Counted from the stretch's first letter, positions 29,140 to 39,101 are shown. The stretch: DNA of 64,000 bases from Candidatus Moraniibacteriota bacterium (GCA_013334245.1 JAAXXZ010000004.1:127-64126); one strand, 5' to 3'. Numbers and translations are program-made. The notes: generated by a model from the sequence alone, not told the origin.

Positions 29140-29640
29140 ATGAAGCGGGTGAATCTGTCGGTAGCCGCTCTCGCCGCGGTCGGCTTGCTTATGGCCGCAT
29201 CGGCGTCCGCGTGCGAAACCCCGAGGCCGATCGTGTGTGCGCCGGGAACCGTGCAAGATCACGGGATATGTCAGCCGAAGCCGGAGAATCCGGTCTGCGG
29301 GAATGGCAAGGTTGAACGCGGGGAGGCCTGCGACGACGGGAACACGAACGATAACGACTCGTGCACAAACAAGTGCGAGAAACAGATCGTGAAGGAAGTT
29401 CCGGTCGAGACGGTCGTGACCAAGGAGGTTCCGGTCATTACGACTGTGACCAATACGGTCGAGAAAGTCGTGTACAAGTACAAGCATCATCATGATAAGG
29501 ATCATGACAAGAAGGACAAGAAAAAGTCCTCGGTGAAGGATGTCCTTCCGGCGACCGGTCTGCCGGCAGTAGCCGTCGCGGGAGTCGCGCTGTCCGCTGC
29601 GGGCGTTTCCGTCGCGAGCAGAAAGTTGCGCAGGAAGTAA
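29140..29640 (+). CDS. Secreted Cys-rich-repeat (DUF4215-like) protein with LPXTG sorting signal
   Basis: Signal peptide; CGNGKVERGEACDDGN..C..C; LPATG + hydrophobic segment + RKLRRK. Confidence 0.85.
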   Translation: MKRVNLSVAALAAVGLLMAASASACETPRPIVCAPGTVQDHGICQPKPENPVCGNGKVERGEACDDGNTNDNDSCTNKCEKQIVKEVPVETVVTKEVPVITTVTNTVEKVVYKYKHHHDKDHDKKDKKKSSVKDVLPATGLPAVAVAGVALSAAGVSVASRKLRRK

Positions 29641-29723
29641 CGATGTTCGGGAAGTCGGCGTCTTCGGACGCCTTCTCCCTTTCGCCCTGTTGTATGGCAA
29701 GGAGGCGGAAGGGAGAACGGCAT

Positions 29724-30830
29724 ATGAGGGAACAGGAAATATTCATCAAGAGGGGACTGAACTTTTCCGGTCGTGAGAATCGGTTTGTTCCGCCTGTGGT
29801 CGAAAGCGTTTCCGTATGGCGACGCTTCGTTCCATATGTCGTTTTCATCGCCGCGTTCTCTGTGATATTTTTCGCGGTGAATGCGGACTTTGCGGCTTTC
29901 GAGAATATCGCCGCCCGTTTTCGGGGTGAGACTGTGGCGAAGGAGACGCTCGCTCCGGATTGGCTTGCCAGGTATTCCATCGTCTTGAACGGTCGCATCC
30001 GTAAGGATGACGATGCCGACCATGACGGCCTCGGATTCCTTGAGGAGCAAACTGCCGGAACGAATCCGTACGATGCCGATACCGATCACGACGGTACATC
30101 GGATAAAGACGAGCTGAATCGCGGCACCGATCCTCTTGGGTCGGGCGATCTTGATACGGACAGGGATGGCATGCCGGATCCGTGGGAAATGGCCAATGGG
30201 ACGGATCCCAAGAGGGCTGATGTGGACGTGGACTTGGACGGAGACGGGCTTCCGAATATCGGCGAATACGCGTACGGTACTGATCCGAAGCGTGCCGATA
30301 CCGACGGTGACGGATTCGGTGACGCGCAGGAAATCGGGAACGGATACGATCCGGACGCAGCCGGCGATTTTAAACCGTCCGTCACGGTGCTCGTGGAGCG
30401 GATCGGCGTCGCCGCGCCGATGATCTGGGCCGGTTCCGAAGACCAGAAATCGATGCTTCGCGACCTGGAGAACGGAGTCATCCGTTATCCAGAGTCGGGG
30501 ATTCCCGGCCAATCCGGCAATGTGATTATCGCGGGGCATAGCAGCAACTATGCCTGGGCGAAGGGGGACTACAATTCCGTATTCCGACGTCTGGGGGAAC
30601 TCGGTCCCGGCGATTCGATCGTGCTTCGTATGCGTCAGGCGAACGGGAAGACGTTCGATTACGCGTACAGGCTGACCGAAAAGCGCGTGACCGTGCCTGA
30701 CGACCCGTGGATATTCGAGGACAGCGGCGGGGACGAGGTGACCTTGAGTACCTGTTGGCCGCTCGGTACCGCCTTCAAGCGGCTTATCGTCCGTGGCGAG
30801 CTCGTCTCGGATGGTCCTGCGACCTCCTAA
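29724..30830 (+). CDS. Sortase with N-terminal DxDxDG calcium-binding-type repeats
   Basis: TM; DTDxDG repeats; IIAGHS, TLSTC, KRLIV (His-Cys-Arg triad). Confidence 0.9.
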   Translation: MREQEIFIKRGLNFSGRENRFVPPVVESVSVWRRFVPYVVFIAAFSVIFFAVNADFAAFENIAARFRGETVAKETLAPDWLARYSIVLNGRIRKDDDADHDGLGFLEEQTAGTNPYDADTDHDGTSDKDELNRGTDPLGSGDLDTDRDGMPDPWEMANGTDPKRADVDVDLDGDGLPNIGEYAYGTDPKRADTDGDGFGDAQEIGNGYDPDAAGDFKPSVTVLVERIGVAAPMIWAGSEDQKSMLRDLENGVIRYPESGIPGQSGNVIIAGHSSNYAWAKGDYNSVFRRLGELGPGDSIVLRMRQANGKTFDYAYRLTEKRVTVPDDPWIFEDSGGDEVTLSTCWPLGTAFKRLIVRGELVSDGPATS

Positions 30831-30931
30831 TGGCCGGGCACCATCCGATGTTTGACGGGGCGTGGAAAATCGGGTATCGTTCAGAGGAATCCGGTTTCGA
30901 GTGAATCGGAGCGGTTCCCTGTCCCACGTAT

Positions 30932-31008
30932 GCCAGGGTAGCTCAGTTGGTTAGAGCACGGGACTCATAAGCCCGGGGTCGAGAGTTCGAATCTCTCCCC
31001 TGGTACCA
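30932..31008 (+). tRNA. tRNA-Met(CAT), probably elongator (Ile2 not excluded)
   Basis: Cloverleaf, loop CTCATAA, encoded CCA. Confidence 0.9.
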
Positions 31009-31058
31009 AGTCGGCATGGGACGGCTCTCGTTCGGGTTCGGTTCGGACAATATGCGTT

Positions 31059-31132
31059 GGATCGGTAGCTCAGTTGGTTAGAGCGCCGCCCTGTCACGGC
31101 GGAGGTCGCGAGTTCGAGTCTCGTCCGGTCCG
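31059..31132 (+). tRNA. tRNA-Asp(GTC)
   Basis: Cloverleaf, loop CTGTCAC, G73. Confidence 0.96.
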
Positions 31133-31136
31133 CAGA

Positions 31137-31170
31137 AAAAACAGCCCCTACGCGGGCTGTTTTCGTTTCT
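31137..31170 (+). terminator. Terminator after tRNA pair
   Basis: AAAACAGCCC...GGGCTGTTTT. Confidence 0.8.
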
Positions 31171-31226
31171 GATCGGATCCGGCATGGTATAATCCGGTCG
31201 TAATAACCGGTGCAATACCAGGTCAT

Positions 31227-31610
31227 ATGTCCGATACGCAACTGTTCCAACTGCTCGGGCTCGCGATGTTTCCGATCGGAGTAGGGATGTTGGCGCATCC
31301 CGATGTGCTCAAGAAGATATTCAAGAACCTGGAGCATGATCCCGCGGCCGTCTATCTGAGCGGATTCGTGAGTCTTTTCCTCGGGTACGCGTTGGTCGCG
31401 TTTCATAACACATGGCAGTTCGACCGGTCCCTCATCATTACGCTCGTCGGATGGTCGGCGCTCATCAAAGGACTGTCGCTTCTCCTGTTTCCGACTTCGC
31501 TTTTCGGCGCGACCCGGAAATTCACCGACAGCGATCGATATCGGAAATGCTTTCCCTGGTATCCGATCCTGTTCGGGCTCGTCCTCCTGTATTTCGGATT
31601 CTTCGCATAG
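31227..31610 (+). CDS. Hypothetical 4-TM membrane protein
   Basis: Hydrophobic; FHNTW..IITLVGW..LIKG. Confidence 0.8.
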   Translation: MSDTQLFQLLGLAMFPIGVGMLAHPDVLKKIFKNLEHDPAAVYLSGFVSLFLGYALVAFHNTWQFDRSLIITLVGWSALIKGLSLLLFPTSLFGATRKFTDSDRYRKCFPWYPILFGLVLLYFGFFA

Positions 31611-31612
31611 AT

Positions 31613-32155
31613 ATGCCGAACTATTGCTGTACGACCCTTTTCGCCGAACACGTGACGCTGAAGCCCGTCTCTTCCGCGTACGAAACGGAACTGTTCCGGG
31701 AACTGACCGCCGAGGTGGCCAGGTATCTTGTCTTCCAGCCGACGGGCGATATCGATGACACGCGGGATTTCATCGCCCGCTCCCGGATGGAAATGGATCA
31801 GGGTACGGCGATCAAGATGGTCATTCTCGATCGGGTCAGCGGAGCGTTTCTGGGGTATATCAATCTGAGATCCGTCGACACGCGGGAACCGGGCGTCGGC
31901 ATATGGATCGCGAAGCCCCACCAGGGAAAGGGCGTCGGAAAACAGGCACTGCGGGCGATGATGACATGGGCGGACCAGAACCTGTCATATGATTTTCTCC
32001 GATATCCGGTTGCAGCCGAAAATATTCTGAGTCGGCGGCTGGCGGAGTCGCTCGGCGGCGTTGTCGCGGGTACGGGAACGTTTCGGAATACGAACGGCGA
32101 AGAGCTGGAAGAGGTCGAATATCGGATCCCGAAAGGCCCGGTTGATCGACTTTGA
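31613..32155 (+). CDS. GNAT (RimJ/RimL-like) acetyltransferase
   Basis: GIWIAKPHQGKGVG, ENILSRRLAESLGG. Confidence 0.88.
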   Translation: MPNYCCTTLFAEHVTLKPVSSAYETELFRELTAEVARYLVFQPTGDIDDTRDFIARSRMEMDQGTAIKMVILDRVSGAFLGYINLRSVDTREPGVGIWIAKPHQGKGVGKQALRAMMTWADQNLSYDFLRYPVAAENILSRRLAESLGGVVAGTGTFRNTNGEELEEVEYRIPKGPVDRL

Positions 32156-32196
32156 AGACGACCGGCATATCGCGGAATTTCGTCGATGTCCGACGC

Positions 32197-32237
32197 TTGA
32201 CGCCGGAATCGCGTTTTTATATACTCTAGGGGAGTAT
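32197..32237 (+). promoter_or_regulatory. Promoter with overlapping CsoR/RcnR-type operator
   Basis: TTGACG-N17-TATACT; ATACT-CTAGGGG-AGTAT at 32221-32237. Confidence 0.7.
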
Positions 32238-32547
32238 GAAAACGGGAACACGGGCGAAGGAAAAACCGAACAGGAAATCCGGCGCGGAAACGGGCCGGGT
32301 CTTGTTGGATTCCGAATCGCGTGACTGCCTGCTTCGCCGTCTCTCGCGCATCGAGGGGCAGTTCCGGGGCATCCGGAAGATGGTTGGAGAGGGGAGGGAG
32401 TGTCTTGATGTCATACAGCAGATTACCGCGGTTCGTGAGGCGATTTCGATGCTCGGCATCGAGCTTCTCAAGGACGATTTCGTCTGTCATCGTACAGGGA
32501 AAAATATCGACGAGAAGTTTCTGAAAACGCTGTTCAAGATGCGGTAG
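32236..32547 (+). CDS. CsoR/RcnR family repressor
   Basis: RRLSRIEGQFRGI..M...RECLDVIQQITAVR. Confidence 0.92.
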   Translation: MKTGTRAKEKPNRKSGAETGRVLLDSESRDCLLRRLSRIEGQFRGIRKMVGEGRECLDVIQQITAVREAISMLGIELLKDDFVCHRTGKNIDEKFLKTLFKMR

Positions 32548-32657
32548 TCGTCGGGTCGGATGACGGTTGTGCGATTGGGGTGTATACTACATGATACGAA
32601 TAATGTAAAAGGGGTTCGTAATTCGGACGGTTCCGAGGGGCGTCTCCTGAAAAAAGT

Positions 32658-32990
32658 ATGAGCCAGGCACTGAGTCTGACGGAGGTGACATTCGAGGCGG
32701 AAGTCTTGAAGAGCGATATTCCGGTCCTCGTTGATTTCTGGGCCCCGTGGTGCGGGCCGTGCCGCATGATGGCACCGGTGCTCGACGAACTTGCCGAGTC
32801 GATGGCAGGCAAAGTTAAGATTGCCAAGCTCGACGTGGACGATCCGGCACATCGTGAGCTCGCCATGAAATATAAGATTCAGAGCATCCCGGCCATGAAA
32901 CTCTTCAAGGGCGGCGAAGTGGTGAAGGAGTTCGTCGGCTTCCGTCCGAAAGACGTCCTGGAAGTCGAGCTCGGTAAGGAGATCCAGTAG
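32658..32990 (+). CDS. trxA: Thioredoxin
   Basis: VDFWAPWCGPC. Confidence 0.97.
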   Translation: MSQALSLTEVTFEAEVLKSDIPVLVDFWAPWCGPCRMMAPVLDELAESMAGKVKIAKLDVDDPAHRELAMKYKIQSIPAMKLFKGGEVVKEFVGFRPKDVLEVELGKEIQ

Positions 32991-33011
32991 GCCGTTATCC
33001 CCGATATCGCC

Positions 33012-33941
33012 ATGAATACGGACAAGACATACCCGCTCGCCATCATCGGGGCCGGGCCGGCGGGTCTGTCGGCTTCCATCTACGCTTCCCGCTACGGAGT
33101 CGATCACATCGTGATCGGTCATCTTCCTGGCGGACAGATTTCCGAGACGCACGAGATAGACAATTATCCGGGCGTCGATGCTGCGGGCGGGTTCGAGTTT
33201 GCCGAGTCGCTGGTGGCGCATGCGCGAAAGTACGGTGCCCCCATCGAGAACAGGATGGTGAAAAATATCCGGAAAGAGGATGGCGGGTTCGTCGTGACCC
33301 TCGATGGGGGAGCGTCCGTCCGAAGCCGGATGATCCTTCTGGCGACCGGTACAAAGCGCCGGGTACTCGGGCTGGATCGCGAGGGCGAGTTTCTCGGCCG
33401 CGGCGTTTCCTATTGCGCGACCTGCGACGGATTTTTCTATCGTGATCGGATCGTGACCGTGATCGGAGGAAACAACAGCGCCGCCGGCGCCGCCGCGTAT
33501 CTTTCCGGAATCGCTTCCAAGGTCCATATCGTGTACCGCGGCAAGGAGCTCCGCGCGGAAGAGCATATCCTCAAATCGCTCCGGAACGATCCGAAGGTGA
33601 GGATCATCCTGGAGACGAACGTCGTTTCGCTCGTGGGCGATGACGCGCTTACGGCCGTGAAACTCGACCGACCGTACGAGGGATCGGACACGCTTCCGAC
33701 GGACGGACTGTTCATAGAGATCGGTTCCGATCCGAATGCCGATTTCGCGCGCGACCTCGGGGTCGCGACGGACGAGAACGGATATGTGCATGTCGGATCG
33801 GACATGTCGACCTCGGTTCCCGGCGTTTTTGCCGCCGGTGACATTACCGACGGGTCGGACAAGTTCCGTCAGGTGGTTACCGCCGCCGCGGAAGGCGCTA
33901 TCGCCGCGCGGAGTATTCACGCCGCGCTCGCGAAGGAATAA
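33012..33941 (+). CDS. trxB: Thioredoxin reductase
   Basis: IIGAGPAG, GVSYCATCDG, GVFAAGD. Confidence 0.95.
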   Translation: MNTDKTYPLAIIGAGPAGLSASIYASRYGVDHIVIGHLPGGQISETHEIDNYPGVDAAGGFEFAESLVAHARKYGAPIENRMVKNIRKEDGGFVVTLDGGASVRSRMILLATGTKRRVLGLDREGEFLGRGVSYCATCDGFFYRDRIVTVIGGNNSAAGAAAYLSGIASKVHIVYRGKELRAEEHILKSLRNDPKVRIILETNVVSLVGDDALTAVKLDRPYEGSDTLPTDGLFIEIGSDPNADFARDLGVATDENGYVHVGSDMSTSVPGVFAAGDITDGSDKFRQVVTAAAEGAIAARSIHAALAKE

Positions 33942-34116
33942 TATCGGAAACACTTGTGAAGCACGCGCAAAAGGACCGTCATCGGTCCTTTTATTGAACA
34001 CGCATCGTTATCGGCATCATCGCTACGGTGATGTGGCGCACGAATCGTTATGGGTAGTACGTATTTTGAGGCTTTCCTCGAAATGGGCTAAAATGGGGTA
34101 TACCTATTAGACGAAA

Positions 34117-35007
34117 ATGATGAGGAAAGAACGAACCAAGCAGAAGAAAGACCGGCAAAAATCGATTGGCGGCGTAAGGGTCGGTTTGGCGCTTTCGGGT
34201 GGGTCGGCTGTCGGAATCGCCCACGTCGGCGCGGTACGCGCGCTCCGTGAAGCGGATGTCGTCATCGGTTCCGTCGCCGGCACCAGCGCGGGAGCGGTCG
34301 TCGCCGCCTGCGTCGCGTTCGGAATTCCCGAGGAACGGATGATCGAGGCATCGAGGCGGCTCAGCTGGTCGAATATCTCCGACTTCGGATACTCCAAGCT
34401 CGGGTTGAACTCTAATAAACCGGTCGGGAAGTTGATCGAGGAGCTGATCGGTGACGTTTCGATAGAGGATGCCCCGATACCGCTTGCCATTGTCGCGACG
34501 GATATCGACACCGGCGAGAAGGTCGTGTTCCGGAAGGGGAATCTTGCCGAAGCGGTTATGGCGAGTACCTGCATCCCGGGATTCTTCGTGCCGGTCGAGA
34601 TCGGCGGGCGCCGGCTCGTCGACGGCGGGATCGTCGAGAACCTGCCTCTTCCGTCTTTGTCACAGTCGCGTGTCGATGTCCGGATCGGTATCGATCTCGG
34701 GTACTGGCGCACGATCCACACGGCGAAGAATGTCCTCGACGTCGTCACGAACTCCTATGCGATCCTGGTTCGGAACCAGAGTGGCGGCTCTCCTATAGCG
34801 TTCGACGAAGGCATTGTTATCCGGCCCCATCTCGAGGGCTTTACCATATCCGATTTCAAGCGCATGGACGAACTTATCGATATCGGTTTCCGGGCGACGC
34901 GCGCGCGGATTCCCGCCGTGCGCCGACGCATAGTCGCGAAGCGGCTTTCTCCGGTCAGGTTCTTCCGTCGGCTTCGGAAGGTGTTCCGGTTCAAGGGGGG
35001 CGTATGA
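34117..35007 (+). CDS. Patatin-like phospholipase
   Basis: LSGGS..G.AH.G, GTSAG, DGG. Confidence 0.92.
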   Translation: MMRKERTKQKKDRQKSIGGVRVGLALSGGSAVGIAHVGAVRALREADVVIGSVAGTSAGAVVAACVAFGIPEERMIEASRRLSWSNISDFGYSKLGLNSNKPVGKLIEELIGDVSIEDAPIPLAIVATDIDTGEKVVFRKGNLAEAVMASTCIPGFFVPVEIGGRRLVDGGIVENLPLPSLSQSRVDVRIGIDLGYWRTIHTAKNVLDVVTNSYAILVRNQSGGSPIAFDEGIVIRPHLEGFTISDFKRMDELIDIGFRATRARIPAVRRRIVAKRLSPVRFFRRLRKVFRFKGGV

Positions 35008-36290
35008 TGAAGCGCGTGAAGACCGTCGGTCGCGACGCGTTCTCGTCGCTTCAGGTCCGAAATTTCCGACTCTATTTCATCGGGCAGGGGCTTTCGGTTT
35101 CCGGGACCTTCATGCAGGCCGTCGCTTTGCCGTGGCTGGTTCTCCGTATGACCGGGTCCGGAACGGCACTCGGGGTCGTCTCGGCGCTTCAATTTCTCCC
35201 CATACTCTTGTTCGCTCCGCTCGGCGGCGCGATTGCCGATCGGTTCCCAAAGAGAAATCTGATCATTTTCACGCAGTGCGTTTTCGGTATCCTGGCGTTG
35301 ACGCTTGGCGTTCTCGTGCTGACCGATCTCGTACGTCTCTGGATGGTCTATGGCATCGCGTTCTGTCTCGGACTCTTCGCCGCGCTCGATAGTCCCACCC
35401 GCCATACGTTCATCTCGGAACTCGTCGGCGAGAAAGGACTGAAAAACGCCATCACGCTCAATTCGGGCATCATGAACGCGGCGCGTATCGTCGGTCCGAC
35501 GATCGCGGGCATCCTCATCGCGGAAGTCGGCATCGCGTCGTGTTTCATCCTGAACGGGCTGTCGTATGTCGTCGTCATCGTGATGCTATTCCTCATGCGA
35601 AAGGAAGAGCTTGCCGTTGCCGAGCGGGAGTCCGGGAAATCGCGGTACTTCGACGGGCTCCGATACATATTTTCGAAACCGGATCTTCGGTTGATTTTCA
35701 TCATGGTCGCGGTCATCGGCACCCTTGCCTATGAGTTTCAGGTCAGCCTTCCCTTATTGGCAAAAATCACCTTCGGTGGCGATGCGAGGAGTTATGCGGC
35801 GCTCTCTTCCGCGTTCGGCCTCGGTGCGGTCATCGGAGGCCTGCTTTTTGCCGGAAAAAAACACGTCGACCGTATCGGCCTCGTCCGGCTTGCCGCTCTC
35901 TTAGGGGTCTCCTTATTGTTGGTATCGGTATCTCCGAATCACGCGACGGCCGTCGTCGTGATGGTCGCGGCCGGTATCTTTTCCATCGGTTTCACGTCCG
36001 CCGGCAATACGATGATGCAGCTCGGAAGTACGCCGGGTATGCGGGGACGGGTGATGGCGTTCTGGTCGATGGCGATGATGGGATCGACGGCAATCGGCGG
36101 TCCGATCATCGGATGGATAGGGGAGCATGTCGGACCGCGGTACGGTCTTGGTCTCGGCGGATTGGTGACCGTTCTTGCGGCGTCCTACGGATATCTGACC
36201 ATCCTCCGGCCCCGTCTCGGACGGATGTTCCCGTTTGAACGCGTGCCGGAAGCGGTGACTGACGAACCGGATGATCCGAAACGCGTATGA
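35004..36290 (+). CDS. MFS transporter (MFS_3-like)
   Basis: RNFRLYFIGQ, GGAIADRFPKR, 12 TM. Confidence 0.92.
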   Translation: MMKRVKTVGRDAFSSLQVRNFRLYFIGQGLSVSGTFMQAVALPWLVLRMTGSGTALGVVSALQFLPILLFAPLGGAIADRFPKRNLIIFTQCVFGILALTLGVLVLTDLVRLWMVYGIAFCLGLFAALDSPTRHTFISELVGEKGLKNAITLNSGIMNAARIVGPTIAGILIAEVGIASCFILNGLSYVVVIVMLFLMRKEELAVAERESGKSRYFDGLRYIFSKPDLRLIFIMVAVIGTLAYEFQVSLPLLAKITFGGDARSYAALSSAFGLGAVIGGLLFAGKKHVDRIGLVRLAALLGVSLLLVSVSPNHATAVVVMVAAGIFSIGFTSAGNTMMQLGSTPGMRGRVMAFWSMAMMGSTAIGGPIIGWIGEHVGPRYGLGLGGLVTVLAASYGYLTILRPRLGRMFPFERVPEAVTDEPDDPKRV

Positions 36291-37252
36291 ACGGTACCGA
36301 CATCGCGTCGATAGTCGCCTCGTACGGGATCGTTTTCGGGAAACTTCGCGAGGATATCCCGCTCTTTGGCAGTCCCGAGCGGACGGAATATCGTGTAGCA
36401 TTCGAGGACACGGAAGCGAGACCATATATTTTCGAGGAAGTCGCGGAAGCGAGACTCGTAAAAAAAAGAGCCATTGCGCGGACGCTCTCGGCGCTGGCTT
36501 CAGCGGATCCGTCGCTTCCCGCCGTTCCGTATCTGCATCTCTCCGACTCCTCGCATATCCTTGAACGTGATGGGCGATTCTTCCAGGTCGTGCCGTATAT
36601 CGAAGGCGTCGCGCTCGATCGCGAGTGCTATCTTGGGGACGACTGGCGCGGGGTCGTGGCGGCGGAGTTCCTGATAGCCATGCGACGCGCGTCGGCTTCG
36701 CTTCGTCCGGACGAGATGGGTCCGATACCGGGGCTATTTCTTCTTCGAGAATATGTCGCCGAACTCGTCGGGAAAATCAGACGGAACGAACCCGCCCTCC
36801 TTTTGGGAATCGGCCCGGTACTCTCACATCTCGAGTCGGATTTCTTCCCATCGGAGCATTCCGTTCCGACCGCGTTCTGTCACGGGGACTATCACCCGGT
36901 AAACGTCATCTGGAGCGAACACGGCGTGGCGGGCGTAATCGATTGGGAATTCGCCGGGATGAAGGCCGGGCTCTACGACGCGGCGAACATGGTCGGATGC
37001 CTTGGTATGGAGGATCCGGACGCGTTGAAGGGCGGGATGGCGCTTTCATTTCTGCGGATGCTCCGGGAATCGGATGTGTTTTCCGGGGACGATTGGAATG
37101 GGTTTCCCGACCTGCTGCTCGCGACGCGGTTCGCGTGGCTTTCGGAATGGCTCCGGTTCAAGGAACGCGGACTGATCGAGCTTGAGGCGGAATACATGAA
37201 TCTCATCCTTGAAAACCGGGATTTTCTGACGCGTATCTGGAACATCGCGTGA
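36287..37252 (+). CDS. APH/homoserine kinase type II-like phosphotransferase
   Basis: CHGDYHPVN, VIDWEF. Confidence 0.85.
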   Translation: MNGTDIASIVASYGIVFGKLREDIPLFGSPERTEYRVAFEDTEARPYIFEEVAEARLVKKRAIARTLSALASADPSLPAVPYLHLSDSSHILERDGRFFQVVPYIEGVALDRECYLGDDWRGVVAAEFLIAMRRASASLRPDEMGPIPGLFLLREYVAELVGKIRRNEPALLLGIGPVLSHLESDFFPSEHSVPTAFCHGDYHPVNVIWSEHGVAGVIDWEFAGMKAGLYDAANMVGCLGMEDPDALKGGMALSFLRMLRESDVFSGDDWNGFPDLLLATRFAWLSEWLRFKERGLIELEAEYMNLILENRDFLTRIWNIA

Positions 37253-37342
37253 TATCCGCTCGGTGGACAAGCCTGGCCCGTAAAGGGTATCATTCGATGG
37301 GATACGGTCGATTTCAGGCGTCATATATTTGAGTAAAAACAC

Positions 37343-37720
37343 ATGAGCAAAAGAATAGTCAAAAAAATAGCGAATACGCATATCGGCGGTTTCATGCAGT
37401 TCGTCCGCGAGCAGGGCGTCGTCGGATTGGCGACCGGTTTCCTCCTTGGCGGTGCGGTGTCCAAGGTCGTCACCGCCCTGGTGACGGATATCATCAATCC
37501 GGTGATCAGCATCGTGTTCGGCTCGGCAGAGGGCTTCAAGCTGGCCGCGATACAGGTGGGCGATTCGAAGATCATGTGGGGGGATTTCGTGAGCGTGCTG
37601 ATCGACTTCCTGATCGTCGCGGCAGTCGTCTATTTCGGGTTCAAGGGACTCGGACTCGAGAAGCTGGATAAGAAGAAGGAAAAGCCGGAAGAAAAGCCGA
37701 AAGAAGCGGCGAAGAAGTGA
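37343..37720 (+). CDS. mscL: Large-conductance mechanosensitive channel
   Basis: F..QGVVGLATGFLLG, LVTDIINP, WGDFVS.LIDFLI. Confidence 0.9.
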   Translation: MSKRIVKKIANTHIGGFMQFVREQGVVGLATGFLLGGAVSKVVTALVTDIINPVISIVFGSAEGFKLAAIQVGDSKIMWGDFVSVLIDFLIVAAVVYFGFKGLGLEKLDKKKEKPEEKPKEAAKK

Positions 37721-37868
37721 TATTTCCGCGAGACGCGCATATGCCGCTCCGGTCGTTTCCGGAGCGGTTTCCGCTTGATAACCCCCGGAAACGGTGTTAC
37801 CATGGGTCTGTTTCCGAATTGCGGTCGTGGCGGGTCTCAGGACCGTGCTTGTGGGGGGGCATGGATGT

Positions 37869-38036
37869 GGTTGGTTGTTGTCAGTTGTTCGTTGTCGGTT
37901 GTAAGTTCAGACAAAGGAGAGATGGCCGAGCGGCTGCCAGCTAGATGCCGGCCACCCTTTGGGTGAAAGGTGGCTCGCTATTAACGAATAGTTGTTCGTC
38001 GTTCGTCGTTCGTGGTAAGTTGTCAGTTATTAGTTA
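37869..38036 (+). repeat. Heptamer array + tRNA-Ser 5' fragment + heptamer array
   Basis: (GTNNGTT)n at 37869-37907 and 37990-38036; GGAGAGATGGCCGAGCGGCTG at 37916-37936 equals 38044-38064. Confidence 0.85.
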
Positions 38037-38043
38037 AATATTC

Positions 38044-38130
38044 GGAGAGATGGCCGAGCGGCTGAAGGCACCACACTGCTAACGTGGCATGGGGTAACAC
38101 CCATCGAGGGTTCGAATCCCTCTCTCTCCG
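38044..38130 (+). tRNA. tRNA-Ser(GCT)
   Basis: Long variable arm, loop CTGCTAA, G73. Confidence 0.93.
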
Positions 38131-38140
38131 CACAGAGGGA

Positions 38141-38172
38141 CAAGCGACTCCGAGAGGGTCGCTTTTCCTTTT
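38141..38172 (+). terminator. Terminator after tRNA-Ser
   Basis: AAGCGAC...GTCGCTTTT. Confidence 0.65.
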
Positions 38173-38365
38173 CCTTGCGGCGCTTTCGGCGGTTCGAAGG
38201 TGCCGTTTCCGGCACGGAGGGATGTTGCGTCTTTTGCGGGACTGTTTTTTCTTGCGTTACGGTATCGGCAGGAATCGTCTATTCTTATGGCATGATAACT
38301 GCTAAAATGAAATCAAAGGAAAACAAGAGCATTCGGAATACGTTATAGTACCTGAAAGGAAACAT

Positions 38366-39079
38366 ATGAAAACGATTATGCAAAACCGATCCTTTTTGTC
38401 CGGAATCCGTTTCGTGGCTTTCGCGTCCGCCGTTTTGGCGTTCACGCCGACGCCGTTTTCCAGTCACGCATCCGCAGCAACCACATGCTCTCCAACGGTT
38501 ACGGTTACGGATACCGGGAAAACGTCCGTCAAACTCAAGGTCGCCTGTAGCAATCTCGTCAGTACGAAAGTAAGCGTGCGGTTATTGGCTACCAATGAGG
38601 AAACCGACAAGGATTCAAAAAAAACGGTTACGGCGAAGCTTGGAAAAAAAGGGACGGTTACCATTAAGCTCTCGGGACTTGATTCGGCCACGGGCTATTC
38701 CTTCAAGGCGAAAGTGAAAAAGAACGGAGGTGCGTACGGGGCCTATTCCGATGTGGTCGAGGCGACGACCGAAGGGGCTGATTACGATGTATCGATCGAC
38801 AAGATTAGTAGCATTACCGAGAGCTCTGCGAAACTCCGCATCACGTGCGAGGATCTCGAAGATGAGGATGTGACGTTGATGGTCGCATACAAGAAAAAGA
38901 CGTCCTGGTCGACGAAGACGTATACGCTGACTTTGGACGGCGACGGCGAAGGGGTGGTCACGGTCGACGGACTCAAGTCGGATACGACATACAGCTTCAA
39001 GACGCGAATTAAGAAGGACGACGATTCGATATATTCCCAGTATTCGGAAGAGAAGTCAGCGACGACCGACGAAGATTGA
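38366..39079 (+). CDS. Secreted protein with two fibronectin type III-like domains
   Basis: Signal peptide; GLDSATGYSFK / GLKSDTTYSFK. Confidence 0.75.
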   Translation: MKTIMQNRSFLSGIRFVAFASAVLAFTPTPFSSHASAATTCSPTVTVTDTGKTSVKLKVACSNLVSTKVSVRLLATNEETDKDSKKTVTAKLGKKGTVTIKLSGLDSATGYSFKAKVKKNGGAYGAYSDVVEATTEGADYDVSIDKISSITESSAKLRITCEDLEDEDVTLMVAYKKKTSWSTKTYTLTLDGDGEGVVTVDGLKSDTTYSFKTRIKKDDDSIYSQYSEEKSATTDED

Positions 39080-39101
39080 GGTACTCATTAAACAAACGCA
39101 T

